A stretch of DNA of 64,000 nt. Source: Candidatus Aldehydirespiratoraceae bacterium (GTDB taxonomy: Bacteria > Actinomycetota > Acidimicrobiia > Acidimicrobiales > Aldehydirespiratoraceae). Below the pieces are notes generated by a model. That model had not been told where the DNA came from. It saw nothing but the letters and a program-made list of their open reading frames with translations, and did no database searches. The DNA lies in assembly GCA_965249055.1 (NCBI GenBank), contig CBDFKX010000002.1, positions 3,021,800-3,085,799 on the forward strand, written 5' to 3'. The position numbers and the translations under genes were made by a program. Every line of letters starts with the position of its first letter. The stretch's first letter is position 1. This document shows positions 36,245 to 46,093 of this stretch, one piece after another.

Positions 36245-37545
36245 GACGTGCCCTTTGCCGGTGCCACTACCCGCACCGAGGTGACGCGCAGACGCTCCAT
36301 CGCCACCACTTCGAGGCGCCAACCATCCACCGTGCACATCTCGCCGGTATCGGGGATGTGTCCCAGCCGGTCCAGCACTAGCCCCGCGAGCGTTTCGTAT
36401 TCGCCTTCGGGCATCACAAAACCAGTCGCGTCGCGAACCTCGTCGGGATGCAACGAGGCCAACACGACCGTTGAGCCGCTCGCTTCCACTTTGGTCAAAG
36501 CGGCGGACTCGTGGTCGTATTCGTCGTCGATCTCTCCGACGATCTCTTCAAGCACATCTTCTAAAGTGATGATCCCGGCGGTGCCACCATGTTCATCAAT
36601 CACCACCGCCAGTTGTTGGCCGCCTTCGCGCAGATCAACGAGCAGGTCATCAAGCGCACGAGCTTCCGGTACTGCAAGAACCGGTGCCATCAACGCCACC
36701 ACCCGGGTTGTCTCGCGATCCTTGACAGCGACGGTGTGAACCGACTTCACATGGACGACTCCGACAACATCGTCGAGGCCGTCGCCCATCACCGGAAATC
36801 GCGAGTGCCCCGTTTCAATCGCCAACGAAACCAAGGAATCGATGGTTGCGGTTTTGTCAATTGTCACCATGCGAACTCTCGGCACCATGGCATCGTCGGC
36901 GGACTTCCCCGCCAAGCGAATGGACCGTGTCAACAACTCGACCTCGCCCGCATCAAGCGTGCCTTTCTCGCCCGACGAGCGAATCAGTAACTCGATCTCT
37001 TCACGATCGCGTATCGATTCAAGTCCATCGGTCGGTTCGACTCCCAGCGCCCGCGTCAGTCGTAGGGCTAGTCCGTCGAGCAGCGCCACGACGGGTCGGG
37101 CCAAGATCCCATAGACCGCCGTCGGTCGGGCCAGCAGCATTGAGGCTTCCAACGGATGGCTCGTCGCTAGAGACTTTGGAACCAGTTCACCGATCACCAT
37201 TTGCACGACTGTTGCGATCAACAACGCCAGCACGATCGACCACGCCTGAGAATCAACCCCAGAAACCTGTTCAAGCGCCGGTTCGATCGCGGAGGCGACC
37301 GCCGGCTCAGCCACTGCGCCCAGCAGCAGCGAGGTCACGGTAATACCAAGTTGTGCGCCCGACAGGTGATAGGAGAGTCGGCTCAGCAGGCGTTGGACCT
37401 GTCGGGCTGAGCCTCCCTGTTGCTTGGCACGCTCGTCGACCTTTGTGCGGTCAACTGAAACCAGGGCGAACTCGGCTGCCACGAAACCGGCGTTGGCGAC
37501 AATCAAGCCCAGCGCGGCGAAGAGTCGCAGGGCAATGGGGATCAC
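36241..37545 (-). CDS. CNNM/DUF21 + CBS-pair + CorC_HlyC membrane protein
   Basis: Family homology starts at IPIALRLFAALGLIVANAGFVAAEFALVSVDR, and I place the start at the GTG at 37545. The remaining 852 nt of the track ORF (to 38397) overlap the plus-strand ABC exporter and have a low-complexity His/Arg-rich translation. Confidence 0.75.
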   Translation of the reverse strand: MIPIALRLFAALGLIVANAGFVAAEFALVSVDRTKVDERAKQQGGSARQVQRLLSRLSYHLSGAQLGITVTSLLLGAVAEPAVASAIEPALEQVSGVDSQAWSIVLALLIATVVQMVIGELVPKSLATSHPLEASMLLARPTAVYGILARPVVALLDGLALRLTRALGVEPTDGLESIRDREEIELLIRSSGEKGTLDAGEVELLTRSIRLAGKSADDAMVPRVRMVTIDKTATIDSLVSLAIETGHSRFPVMGDGLDDVVGVVHVKSVHTVAVKDRETTRVVALMAPVLAVPEARALDDLLVDLREGGQQLAVVIDEHGGTAGIITLEDVLEEIVGEIDDEYDHESAALTKVEASGSTVVLASLHPDEVRDATGFVMPEGEYETLAGLVLDRLGHIPDTGEMCTVDGWRLEVVAMERLRVTSVRVVAPAKGTS

Positions 37546-37569
37546 AATCTCAAAATGTAGCCGTAGGTT

Positions 37570-39477
37570 GTGACGATGCCTGCCGTGCGTTCTGTCTCTG
37601 AGTCTGTGGGGCTCTCGAAGATTGCTTCGCGACCCACACGGCCTCCGCTGCGGAGTCGCTATCCCGAACCGCCTTGCAGTATTGATCCTGACGAATCGAA
37701 GGGTTGGCTTCGCAGGGTATGGCCTGTGGTTTGGCAGCAGAAGTACATTTTCGTCAGCGGTGTTCTCTTCGGGTTGCTGGCCACTGTCGCCACAGTACTC
37801 GTGCCTCTGACCGTCGGACGCGGCATCGATGCCATCGTCACCGACGACAGTCCAACACCGTTTGTAATCACCCTGGTGGTGCTTGCGGTCATGCGTTTCG
37901 GGTTTGGTTTCGGCTATCGCTTCAACCTCTTTCGGGCCGCGCTCCAGATTGAGAACGACCTTCGAAATCTGATCTTCGCGCGGCTCACGGAACTGTCGTT
38001 CAGCTACTGGGACCGGGTACAGAGCGGCCAGATCATCAGTCGCGCCAACACCGATATCCGGTCGATTCAGTTGCTTTTTGCCTTCGGGCCGTTGATCGCA
38101 ATGCAACTCGTGCTGTTGACGATGGCTCTGGTGGTGATGTTGGTGACAGACGCTGCTCTCACTGTCGTGGCATTGGCCGGACTGCCGCTGGTGTTCATCA
38201 TCGGTGTGAAATTGCGAAAACAGATCTTTCCGCTCTCCTGGGTGGCGCAAGCCCGCCAAGCCGAAGTGGCCACAATTGTTGACGAGAACATTCAAGGCGC
38301 TCGTGTCGTCAAGGCGTTCGCGCAGGAGAAGGGGCAGGTGCAGACTCTGGCTTTGGCATCGCATCGGCTTCGCTGGGTTGGGATCGAGGTGGCTCACACG
38401 CGGGCTCGTTATGCCCCCGCGATGGAGGCTTTGCCGCGGATGGGACTGGCGTTGGTGCTGTGGTATGGAGGCATAAAGACCATCAATGGCGATATCGGGA
38501 TCGGTGACCTGGTGGTATTCAGCACTTACGTCGTGCTGTTAGCCACACCCTTTCGAATGGTCGGGTTCATGCTCTTGCAGTGGCAACGTGCCGCGGCCGC
38601 AGCGCTGCGCGTGTACGAGATTCTTGATGAACAACCCGCTGTGGTCGAACCCGCTGATCCAGTGCCTCTGCGAGAGCCTGAGGGGCGGATCGAGTTCGAG
38701 AATGTCTCTTTCTCCTATTCGGGTTCGGACGGTTCGCTGGTACTCGACGAGATGAGCTTCACGGTTGAACCGGGTGAGACGATCGCCATTGTCGGTCCGA
38801 CCGGATGCGGCAAGTCGACCATCACGCGGTTGATCCCCCGTTTCTACGACGCCGACTCGGGTGTGATTCGCGTCGATGGCTCCGACGTCACAGAGTTGTC
38901 TCTGAAGGATCTGCGCAATGCCGTCAATGTAGTGACCGACGATCCATTCCTGTTCGACACCAGCGTGTACGACAATGTCGCTTTTGCCCGCCCGACCGCA
39001 GAACCCGACGTCGTCGACGCCGCCATCGCCGATGCTGTTGCTGCTGAGTTTGTTGCCGAACTCCCCAACGGTGTGCTGACCGAGGTCGGTGAGCGGGGTT
39101 TCTCTTTGTCGGGAGGTCAACGCCAGCGAATCGCTCTTGCAAGGGGATTGTTGGCCGATCCCGCGGTGTTGGTGCTCGACGATGCCACCAGCGCCATCGA
39201 CGTGACCGTTGAGCAGAGAATCCACGACGCCATCAGGCGACGACGCTCACACCGCACCACGATTCTCATCGCGCATCGACTGTCGACCATCGCTTTGGCT
39301 GACCGGGTGCTACTGATGGACGAGGGGCGAATCGTCGCAGCAGGTGACCACTATGAGCTGTTGTTGAGCAACCCTGCCTACGCCTCAATTCTCGCCGACA
39401 CCACAACAGACGCCGCCGCCATTTCCGATCTCGGCTCCTCGAACGGGTCCGGCCCAGATCACGCCGGGACACGCTGA
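37570..39477 (+). CDS. ABC exporter, fused permease/ATPase subunit (heterodimer partner 1)
   Basis: 635 aa with a six-TM type-I exporter domain, Walker A GPTGCGKST, signature LSGGQRQR and Walker B LVLDDATSAID. The start is uncertain, because it lies only 24 bp from the divergent gene start. Confidence 0.85.
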   Translation: MTMPAVRSVSESVGLSKIASRPTRPPLRSRYPEPPCSIDPDESKGWLRRVWPVVWQQKYIFVSGVLFGLLATVATVLVPLTVGRGIDAIVTDDSPTPFVITLVVLAVMRFGFGFGYRFNLFRAALQIENDLRNLIFARLTELSFSYWDRVQSGQIISRANTDIRSIQLLFAFGPLIAMQLVLLTMALVVMLVTDAALTVVALAGLPLVFIIGVKLRKQIFPLSWVAQARQAEVATIVDENIQGARVVKAFAQEKGQVQTLALASHRLRWVGIEVAHTRARYAPAMEALPRMGLALVLWYGGIKTINGDIGIGDLVVFSTYVVLLATPFRMVGFMLLQWQRAAAAALRVYEILDEQPAVVEPADPVPLREPEGRIEFENVSFSYSGSDGSLVLDEMSFTVEPGETIAIVGPTGCGKSTITRLIPRFYDADSGVIRVDGSDVTELSLKDLRNAVNVVTDDPFLFDTSVYDNVAFARPTAEPDVVDAAIADAVAAEFVAELPNGVLTEVGERGFSLSGGQRQRIALARGLLADPAVLVLDDATSAIDVTVEQRIHDAIRRRRSHRTTILIAHRLSTIALADRVLLMDEGRIVAAGDHYELLLSNPAYASILADTTTDAAAISDLGSSNGSGPDHAGTR

Positions 39478-41393
39478 TGTTCACGATCGGGGGTGGGTTC
39501 AGCCCACGAAGCGGTGCTCCCACTTCGATGGAAGCCAACGCGGCAGCCGGGCTCCCCCACGCGGATGTGCCCGGCGACTTGCGGGAAAAGGTCATCAAGG
39601 TCCTCGAACACGAACCTGACCACACAATTGCCGAGGTTCCGTGGAGACACGACCAGTGGGATCGGCGACCGTTCACCCTGGTCCGGTTCCTATGGCCGCA
39701 CCGGTTCCGGTTAGCAGCAGCAATCGTGTTGGTGTTGATTGAGACAGTTGCTCTGCAAATGGGACCCGTCCTCACCCAGATCGGTATCGACGACGGTGTT
39801 CGCCAAGGTCGACGAGACGTTCTCGTCACCGCTGCTGTCGTATATGTCGCTTCGGTGCTCGTGGCGGGAGCACTCGGTCGTCTGCGTGTCTCATACACCG
39901 GAAATCTCGGTGAGCGCCTCAACGACAACCTGCGGATTCGGGTCTTCAGCCACATGCAACGCCAGAGCATCGACTATTACAACGAGGAGAAGGCTGGCGT
40001 TCTCATCACCCGAATGACCTCAGACATAGAGGCCCTCGCCGTCCTGTTCCAAGAGGGCATCGTGAACCTGCTGGTGCAGATCTTCACCCTGCTGGTCATT
40101 ACTAGTGCGCTGTTCTTCTATGACCCCCTTTTGGCCGTGATCACCCTGGCGGTGGCCGTGCCACCCACGTTGATCACCTCGCTGTGGTTCCGTGATGTTT
40201 CGGCCCGTTCTTATCTGGTCGTGCGCGACCGTATTGCCGCGTTGCTTGCCAACCTTGCCGAGTCACTCGCTGGGATCCGCGTGATCGCCGCTCACAACCG
40301 CAGGTCGGTCAACCTGGCGATGCACAGCGATTTGGTCGGCGAGCACCGCGATGGGGCTGTGGCCGCTGCGAAAGCCAACTCCACTTACGCTCCGGCCACT
40401 GAATTCGTAGGGATTTGCACGCAGGCTGTGTTGCTCGGAGTAGGCGGTGCGATGGTTGTCAACGGACGCATCAGCATCGGCGAAATGGCCGCCTTCCTGC
40501 TGTTTCTTACATCGTTTTTCGCCCCGATCCAGACGCTTGTCCAGTTGTACAACTCCTACCAACAGGGCGGCGCGGCCATCGTCAAACTGCGTGAACTGCT
40601 GGGCACCGAGTCCTCGGTGGTACAAGCCCCGGATGCCTATCGGTTGCCTCCGATCGAGGGTGAAATAGAGCTTCGCGACGTGACTTTCGGATACGCCGAT
40701 GAGCGTCCGGTGCTTCACAACGTGTCGCTGCGCATCGCAGCGGGGGAAACGGTGGCTTTCGTTGGCGAGACCGGCGCCGGCAAGTCGACAGTCGCGCAAC
40801 TGCTGATGCGTTTCTACGACCCCCAAGAAGGATCGCTCTTGATCGACGGCCACGACCTCCGCACCGTCGAGATCGCCAGCCTGCGTTCACAACTCGGAGT
40901 AGTTCCCCAAGAGCCGTTCCTGTTTGCTGGTGTGGTGCGTGACAACCTCGCGTTCGCCCAGCGAGATGCAAGCGACCGCACTCTCTGGGCGGCGTTGCAG
41001 GCGGTAGGCATAGACGATCTCGTGGAACGGCTGGGTGGGCTCGACGCGGTGGTGCATGAACGGGGAGCATCCTTATCGGCTGGTGAGCGACAACTCTTGG
41101 CGCTGGCACGTGCCTTGGTTGCTCGGCCCCGAGTGTTGATTCTCGACGAAGCGACCAGCAACCTCGACCTCGTCTCGGAGTCTCGTGTCGAACAGGCCCT
41201 TGATGTCGTGCTTGAGAGCCGCACGGCGGTAATCATCGCCCATCGCTTGGCTACTGCCCGTCGAGCTGACCGGATCGCAGTGGTTCACGACGGTGAAATC
41301 GTCGAACTAGGATCGCATGACGATCTTGTGGCCTTAGGGGGCCGATATGGGGACATGTATGCGACTTGGGTCACCCATGGCGGGGCGAAGTGA
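39477..41393 (+). CDS. ABC exporter, fused permease/ATPase subunit (heterodimer partner 2)
   Basis: 638 aa with Walker A GETGAGKST, signature LSAGERQL and Walker B LILDEATSNLD. The TGATG overlap with the upstream subunit suggests translational coupling. Confidence 0.88.
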   Translation: MFTIGGGFSPRSGAPTSMEANAAAGLPHADVPGDLREKVIKVLEHEPDHTIAEVPWRHDQWDRRPFTLVRFLWPHRFRLAAAIVLVLIETVALQMGPVLTQIGIDDGVRQGRRDVLVTAAVVYVASVLVAGALGRLRVSYTGNLGERLNDNLRIRVFSHMQRQSIDYYNEEKAGVLITRMTSDIEALAVLFQEGIVNLLVQIFTLLVITSALFFYDPLLAVITLAVAVPPTLITSLWFRDVSARSYLVVRDRIAALLANLAESLAGIRVIAAHNRRSVNLAMHSDLVGEHRDGAVAAAKANSTYAPATEFVGICTQAVLLGVGGAMVVNGRISIGEMAAFLLFLTSFFAPIQTLVQLYNSYQQGGAAIVKLRELLGTESSVVQAPDAYRLPPIEGEIELRDVTFGYADERPVLHNVSLRIAAGETVAFVGETGAGKSTVAQLLMRFYDPQEGSLLIDGHDLRTVEIASLRSQLGVVPQEPFLFAGVVRDNLAFAQRDASDRTLWAALQAVGIDDLVERLGGLDAVVHERGASLSAGERQLLALARALVARPRVLILDEATSNLDLVSESRVEQALDVVLESRTAVIIAHRLATARRADRIAVVHDGEIVELGSHDDLVALGGRYGDMYATWVTHGGAK

Positions 41394-41420
41394 AGGTTGG
41401 ATGAAGCCTGAGATGAAGCG

Positions 41421-42143
41421 ATGAACGTCGAACCCGAGATCATTGTCGTCGCCGTGGTGATTATGGCCGTGGCTTCATGTGTGCAGGGTTCGATTGGATT
41501 TGGCTGTGGGTTGTTGGCGATTCCCCTGTTCGCTCTGCTTGACCCCGATCTGGTGCCCGGACCGATCTTTGTGGGTAACGCGGTGCTGACCACCTCCACA
41601 GCACTTCGCGAACGTCAGGACATCGACTGGTCGGCGGTCAGATGGGGAACCGCGGGCCGCCTTCCCGGAACCATCGCCGGTTCGCTGGTTTTGGCGCGCG
41701 CTACTGACACGAGCCTGCAGCTTTTGGTGGCAATTGTCATTTTGTTGGCTGTGGCGTTGTCGATTGGCCCTTTGAGAGTCCCAACCAACGCGCGGACATT
41801 GTTGGGAGCGGGAGGTTTTTCGGGGTTCAGTTCCACTTCGGTGGGTTTCGGTGGACCGCCGATGGCGCTGCTGTTGCAGCACCGTCCGGGGCCGCAATTT
41901 CGTTCAACGATGGGCATGTACTTCACGGTCGGCCTGTTCATGGTTGTTCCCGGAATTGCGCTCGCTGGTCGCCTCGGAGTTGACGAGTTGATTGTCGGAG
42001 CCGCTCTCGTCCCCGGTGCAATTGCTGGGTTTGCTGCATCTGGACCGTTACGCAAGCATGTCGATGCCCGCAGTCTGGCTCCGATTGTGCTTATGGGGGC
42101 GACAGCAGCCGCCTTCGCTCTGCTGGTGCGGGTCTTGACCTAG
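41421..42143 (+). CDS. TauE/SafE (TSUP) family anion exporter-like membrane protein
   Basis: 240 aa polytopic protein with an N-terminal GSIGFGCGLLAIPL motif, typical of the TSUP family. Confidence 0.7.
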   Translation: MNVEPEIIVVAVVIMAVASCVQGSIGFGCGLLAIPLFALLDPDLVPGPIFVGNAVLTTSTALRERQDIDWSAVRWGTAGRLPGTIAGSLVLARATDTSLQLLVAIVILLAVALSIGPLRVPTNARTLLGAGGFSGFSSTSVGFGGPPMALLLQHRPGPQFRSTMGMYFTVGLFMVVPGIALAGRLGVDELIVGAALVPGAIAGFAASGPLRKHVDARSLAPIVLMGATAAAFALLVRVLT

Positions 42144-42953
42144 ATGGCCGAGACGCATGCGCTCAAGGGAGTTCCCACGGTGCTGGATCTGCGCGCAGTG
42201 CAACGCACGATTGATGGCGTGGAGGTTCTGCGTGACATTCATTGGTGCGTCGAGCCTCAACAGCACTGGGTGGTTCTCGGTCCCAACGGTTCGGGGAAAA
42301 CGACTCTGATGCAGATTGCCTCGATGTGGCTTCATCCCTCAGCCGGTGAGGTAACCGTGCTCGGTCAGCGACTCGGGCATACCGATGTCCGAACGCTGCG
42401 GTCGCGCATCGGGTTTTCTAGCGCTGCTCTAGCCAAGATGTTGCGTCCACACTTGCTGGTGTCCGACGTGGTGATGACCGCTTTGAACGCCGCTCTGGAA
42501 CCTTGGTGGCACGAATACCGCGACGAAGACCACGCCAACGCCCAGCGAGTTCTTGATCGAGTCGGTGCGGGTCACCTTAGTCAGAGACGGTTCGGGGCGT
42601 GCTCAGATGGCGAACGACAACGGGTGCTGGTGGCACGTTCGTTGATGACCGATCCTGAGCTGGTTCTGTTGGACGAACCAACAGCGGCTCTTGACCTGGC
42701 TGGCCGCGAACAATTCATCTTGATGCTCAACGACCTGGCCAGCGATCCCGCCAACCCTCCGATGGTGCTGGTAACCCATCATGTTGAAGAGATTCCAGAT
42801 CGTTTCAGCCACTGCCTGCTGCTTCGTGACGGGCGAACTTTGGCCCAGGGTCCTCTTAGCGAAGTGCTCACTGATGAGCTGCTCAGTTCCTGTTTCGGCC
42901 TACCCCTCACTATTGAACAGCGGAACCGGCGTTGGACGGCATGGACGAACTGA
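42144..42953 (+). CDS. Stand-alone ABC transporter ATP-binding protein
   Basis: 269 aa with Walker A GPNGSGKTT, a degenerate signature CSDGERQRV, Walker B LVLLDEPTAALD and an H-loop VTHHVEE. There is no adjacent permease on the same strand. Confidence 0.8.
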   Translation: MAETHALKGVPTVLDLRAVQRTIDGVEVLRDIHWCVEPQQHWVVLGPNGSGKTTLMQIASMWLHPSAGEVTVLGQRLGHTDVRTLRSRIGFSSAALAKMLRPHLLVSDVVMTALNAALEPWWHEYRDEDHANAQRVLDRVGAGHLSQRRFGACSDGERQRVLVARSLMTDPELVLLDEPTAALDLAGREQFILMLNDLASDPANPPMVLVTHHVEEIPDRFSHCLLLRDGRTLAQGPLSEVLTDELLSSCFGLPLTIEQRNRRWTAWTN

Positions 42954-43581
42954 TTGCGATCACCACGCCTGATTCGACTCTGATCGTCGGCGCGTCGACG
43001 ACGGCTCGGTTGGAAATCCCGAGCGCCACCAGGCCGGGAAGATCTGCATCAACGAGGGGGTATCTCAAATTGGTGGTGGTCACTCCCGTTGCCGTTCCGC
43101 CGACGGCGTGAAGCGCCAGCGGTTCGCCCGCCACCAGCGGAATAGTTCGCTCGTCGACACCGTGTACAACCCAGACCCGATGCTCCCCCACAACCGCGTC
43201 AATGTCGGCTTGTTGCCAACGCTTTGACGCGAGCACCAACAGATTGGCCAGTTGATGATCGAGACGACCTCCGTCTCGTAGCACCACATGTATCCTTTGA
43301 ACCCCGCTGTTGATTGCAGCGGACAAGGCGAGTTCAAGATCTGACTCGTCCTTGTCGCGCCGATGTTGCGCGATCTCTGAGCCGGCAGCAGTAGCCGCCG
43401 AAAGAGCCTCCGCTGAGACAGAGTCCAGGTCGCCGACCACCAAATCGACAGGTCTGTGTGCAGCCAACAGCACTTCCAGCCCCGCGTCGGCTGCTATCAC
43501 GAGGTCTGTTTGCGGGGCGCGCTCAACGGCTGGTTGAGGTGCCCCCGAGGCGACTACCAGAGCACTAGTAGCAGAGCGCAT
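42910..43581 (-). CDS. thiN: Thiamine pyrophosphokinase
   Basis: 223 aa with IAADAG...VVGDLDS, RDKDESDLELAL, DGGRLDH and a C-terminal thiamine-binding region (TTTNLRYPL). It overlaps the convergent ABC ATPase gene by 44 bp. Confidence 0.7.
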   Translation of the reverse strand: MRSATSALVVASGAPQPAVERAPQTDLVIAADAGLEVLLAAHRPVDLVVGDLDSVSAEALSAATAAGSEIAQHRRDKDESDLELALSAAINSGVQRIHVVLRDGGRLDHQLANLLVLASKRWQQADIDAVVGEHRVWVVHGVDERTIPLVAGEPLALHAVGGTATGVTTTNLRYPLVDADLPGLVALGISNRAVVDAPTIRVESGVVIAISSSMPSNAGSAVQ

Positions 43582-44966
43582 CAGGTGCCAAGCAATAGCA
43601 GCAAACCGATGACGGTGTAGGCGACCATCACCAGCAGCATCGGATATTGGGAGCGCAACGCTGTTTCACGTTGATACCGATCGATCGCCCGATCGTGCGC
43701 TGCGGCCACCGCAAGCACATGCCCTACCGCGATAGCAACAGCTTGAACCCAAGCAATCTGCTGGGGACTGACCAGAGTCCAGTTGATCGCATAGTCCCTG
43801 GTACCGAACAGGTCCCAGCCGTGCCCGAAGGGATCGGACAACAAGTTGATCAACACTTGCCCGTCCAGCAAGAGGGCGCTGAAATAGTGGGCTACCGCAT
43901 AGGCCACCACGATCGGCACGAGCGTTGGGGCGAACTCTTTGGCCAGGTCTCGGGTTGAATCACCAGTGACAACCGCCATCACTTTGATGGCCAGCGTGTA
44001 GAGCATCGCTACGAACGCGATGATCACGCCTAGACCGATCGTGTTCGTGAACACCGATTCCCAGCCGGTGAGGTCGCCGGCCAGGTCAAGCCAGATGGAG
44101 CTGCGGGTGAAGCCGTCGAATGTCGTCGCCCCGAGCACCGTCAAGATGAAAGCGACGCTGTACAGGCCACCACCCAAGGTGGTGAGTCCCGAGAGCGGGG
44201 TCCGCAGCCGCAGATCCTTGGCGTCGTCACGATATACCGGCGCGATCAGCGAGATTTTCTTGAACAACACCGCAAAACCGTCGGCAGAACGCACCCAGCC
44301 ACGTCCGAATGCGCCGGCACCGACAAGCATCACAGCTGAGTACACGGTCAAGAACACCGCAACCGAGCGGGGTGAATCGGTGCTGTGGTAGGCCAACTCA
44401 AACCAGAGGTAAGCCGCGATCGCCGCTACCGCAACCCACCCCACGAAATGGCCACCAGCTCCATGAGTCGCCGATGACATTGCGGTCTTGGCGATTCTGG
44501 CCTTCAGCCATGCTGCCGCATCGGCGATGGTCGTGTACGGGTTGAAGGCGCTCCAAACATCACCGACCAGCACAGACACCAGTTGCAATCCAACCCAGAA
44601 CCAGATCAGCAAAGCGGTTGGGGCGATGTTGACCGCTGCAGTGGGCTTACCCCACCAAGCTGCAAAGATCACCACCGCGAATCCCAAAACCCCAATGAGT
44701 TTGCAAACAACCGTGATGAACCTTGCAGGCGGAGACACCAGCGAGACAACCCGACGACCGGCGGCCGCCGCGGCCAGTCGTGGCTTGTCCCAAAAGGTTC
44801 CGAGCGCCACGAAAGACACAATCACCGAGAACGCCGCGGCCCAAGCCATCTGCCAAGCCGGCAGAGGAAGATCGGTGCGGCTTCCGGTGCCATGAGCGGC
44901 CACAGGTTGCGCTGCGCTCAGCAACCACGCACCCAAAACCAACCCGAAAAGCCAACGACGGATCAT
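43581..44966 (-). CDS. Polytopic membrane protein of unknown function (about 10-12 TM helices, signal-like N-terminus)
   Basis: The start was trimmed to the ATG at 44966 (MIRRWLFGLVLGAWLLSAAQPVAAHGTGS). The protein is hydrophobic throughout. A TGATG overlap joins it to the downstream thiamine pyrophosphokinase gene. Confidence 0.65.
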   Translation of the reverse strand: MIRRWLFGLVLGAWLLSAAQPVAAHGTGSRTDLPLPAWQMAWAAAFSVIVSFVALGTFWDKPRLAAAAAGRRVVSLVSPPARFITVVCKLIGVLGFAVVIFAAWWGKPTAAVNIAPTALLIWFWVGLQLVSVLVGDVWSAFNPYTTIADAAAWLKARIAKTAMSSATHGAGGHFVGWVAVAAIAAYLWFELAYHSTDSPRSVAVFLTVYSAVMLVGAGAFGRGWVRSADGFAVLFKKISLIAPVYRDDAKDLRLRTPLSGLTTLGGGLYSVAFILTVLGATTFDGFTRSSIWLDLAGDLTGWESVFTNTIGLGVIIAFVAMLYTLAIKVMAVVTGDSTRDLAKEFAPTLVPIVVAYAVAHYFSALLLDGQVLINLLSDPFGHGWDLFGTRDYAINWTLVSPQQIAWVQAVAIAVGHVLAVAAAHDRAIDRYQRETALRSQYPMLLVMVAYTVIGLLLLLGT

Positions 44967-45055
44967 GGGATGGCAGGGTAGTCCGGTTCGACAGCCGCTC
45001 ACGACGCGGCAAATGTACCTCTGTGACCGAAACAGCGAACGACGAATACCGCGAC

Positions 45056-46093
45056 ATGGCCGAGCCGCTTGCGGCCTGGTTGACCACCCACCTTGATGGC
45101 GCTACCCACGTCGAGGTCGGCGCTTTTGATCGGCCGAGCGGCGGGTACTCCGCCGAGACACTGATCGTGCCGATCACAGTGACGACGTCTGCCTCAACCG
45201 AAGATCGCGCCATTGTGCTGCGCCGAGAAATGCCTGAACCACCCGTCTACCCGGTCCAGGTTGCTGTCGACAACGAGATAGAGATCCAGTGGCGAGTCAT
45301 GTCGGCATTGGCCGAGCATGCCGATGTTCCGATCGCTTCGCTGCTTGGATACGAGACTGACCCCGCGGTGCTCGGCTCGCCGTTTTTCGTGATGGACTTC
45401 GTGAGCGGAGACATACCCCGCGAAGACCCGGCCTACGTGTTGGCGGGGTTCTACGCAGACACGGGCCCCGTCGAGCGCGAACTCATGGCCAGCAGGTGCA
45501 TCGATGTCATGGCTGGAGTGCATGCGGTCGACATTGAGGCGGCCAATCTGGGTTGGCTGTCAGGCAGCCACATCAACGACGGACATCGCCAACTCAAGAT
45601 TTGGCGGGACTACGCTGAGCGGGAACTCGACGGGCGACCTCATGACTTGATGATGGCAGCATTTGACCGGGTTGCCGACGAACTACCCAAGACTGATACG
45701 ACCGTACTTACCTGGGGAGACGCCCGACTCGGCAATGTGATCTGGCAGAACTTCCGACCTGCGTGCCTGACTGACTTCGAAGCCGCAGCCTTGGCGCCAC
45801 CCGAGATGGATCTCGGCTGGTGTTTGATGTTTGAACAGTGGTCCCACGCGCTCGCTGGAATCGAACTGCTCCCCGGCATACCGAGCCTTGAGCATCAGGT
45901 TGAGTACTACGCGGCAGTGAGCAACCATGAAGTCGCAGACATCGGCCCCTGGGTCTTATTCGCTGCCGCGCGTTACGCCGCGATCGTCGTGCGGATCATG
46001 AATCGCTGGGTTGACCGGGGACTGCTCGATGCCGACCAGACCGTTTACCTGGATCCGATCGCGCCGGTGCTCAAACCTTTATTGGACGCTTGA
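45056..46093 (+). CDS. Phosphotransferase (APH/choline-kinase-like) family protein
   Basis: Kinase-like motifs LTWGDARLGNVIW and LTDFEAAALAPPEMDLGW. The start is placed at the ATG at 45056 (MAEPLAAWL) and a GTG at 45023 is an alternative. The track ORF start at 44723 overlaps the divergent membrane-protein gene. Confidence 0.75.
   Translation: MAEPLAAWLTTHLDGATHVEVGAFDRPSGGYSAETLIVPITVTTSASTEDRAIVLRREMPEPPVYPVQVAVDNEIEIQWRVMSALAEHADVPIASLLGYETDPAVLGSPFFVMDFVSGDIPREDPAYVLAGFYADTGPVERELMASRCIDVMAGVHAVDIEAANLGWLSGSHINDGHRQLKIWRDYAERELDGRPHDLMMAAFDRVADELPKTDTTVLTWGDARLGNVIWQNFRPACLTDFEAAALAPPEMDLGWCLMFEQWSHALAGIELLPGIPSLEHQVEYYAAVSNHEVADIGPWVLFAAARYAAIVVRIMNRWVDRGLLDADQTVYLDPIAPVLKPLLDA

Noticed and set aside
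37546-38397. N-terminal 284 codons of the 718-aa track ORF 36241-38397 (minus strand)
   Set aside because: This part has a low-complexity His/Arg/Gln-rich translation with no family similarity. It lies antisense to the well-supported ABC exporter gene. CNNM/DUF21 homology starts only at IPIALRLF, so I start the gene at the GTG at 37545.
44723-45055. 111-codon N-terminal extension of the phosphotransferase ORF, and the minus-strand ORF 44647-45213
   Set aside because: Both overlap the divergent membrane-protein gene start and have Arg/Pro-rich translations. Kinase-family similarity starts at MAEPLAAW (45056).
44967-45055. TPP riboswitch upstream of the membrane-protein/thiamine pyrophosphokinase operon
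   Set aside because: Reading the reverse complement shows no CUGAGA or ACCUGAUCUGGAUAAUGCCAGCG-type core, and the gap of about 89 nt is short for a riboswitch plus expression platform.
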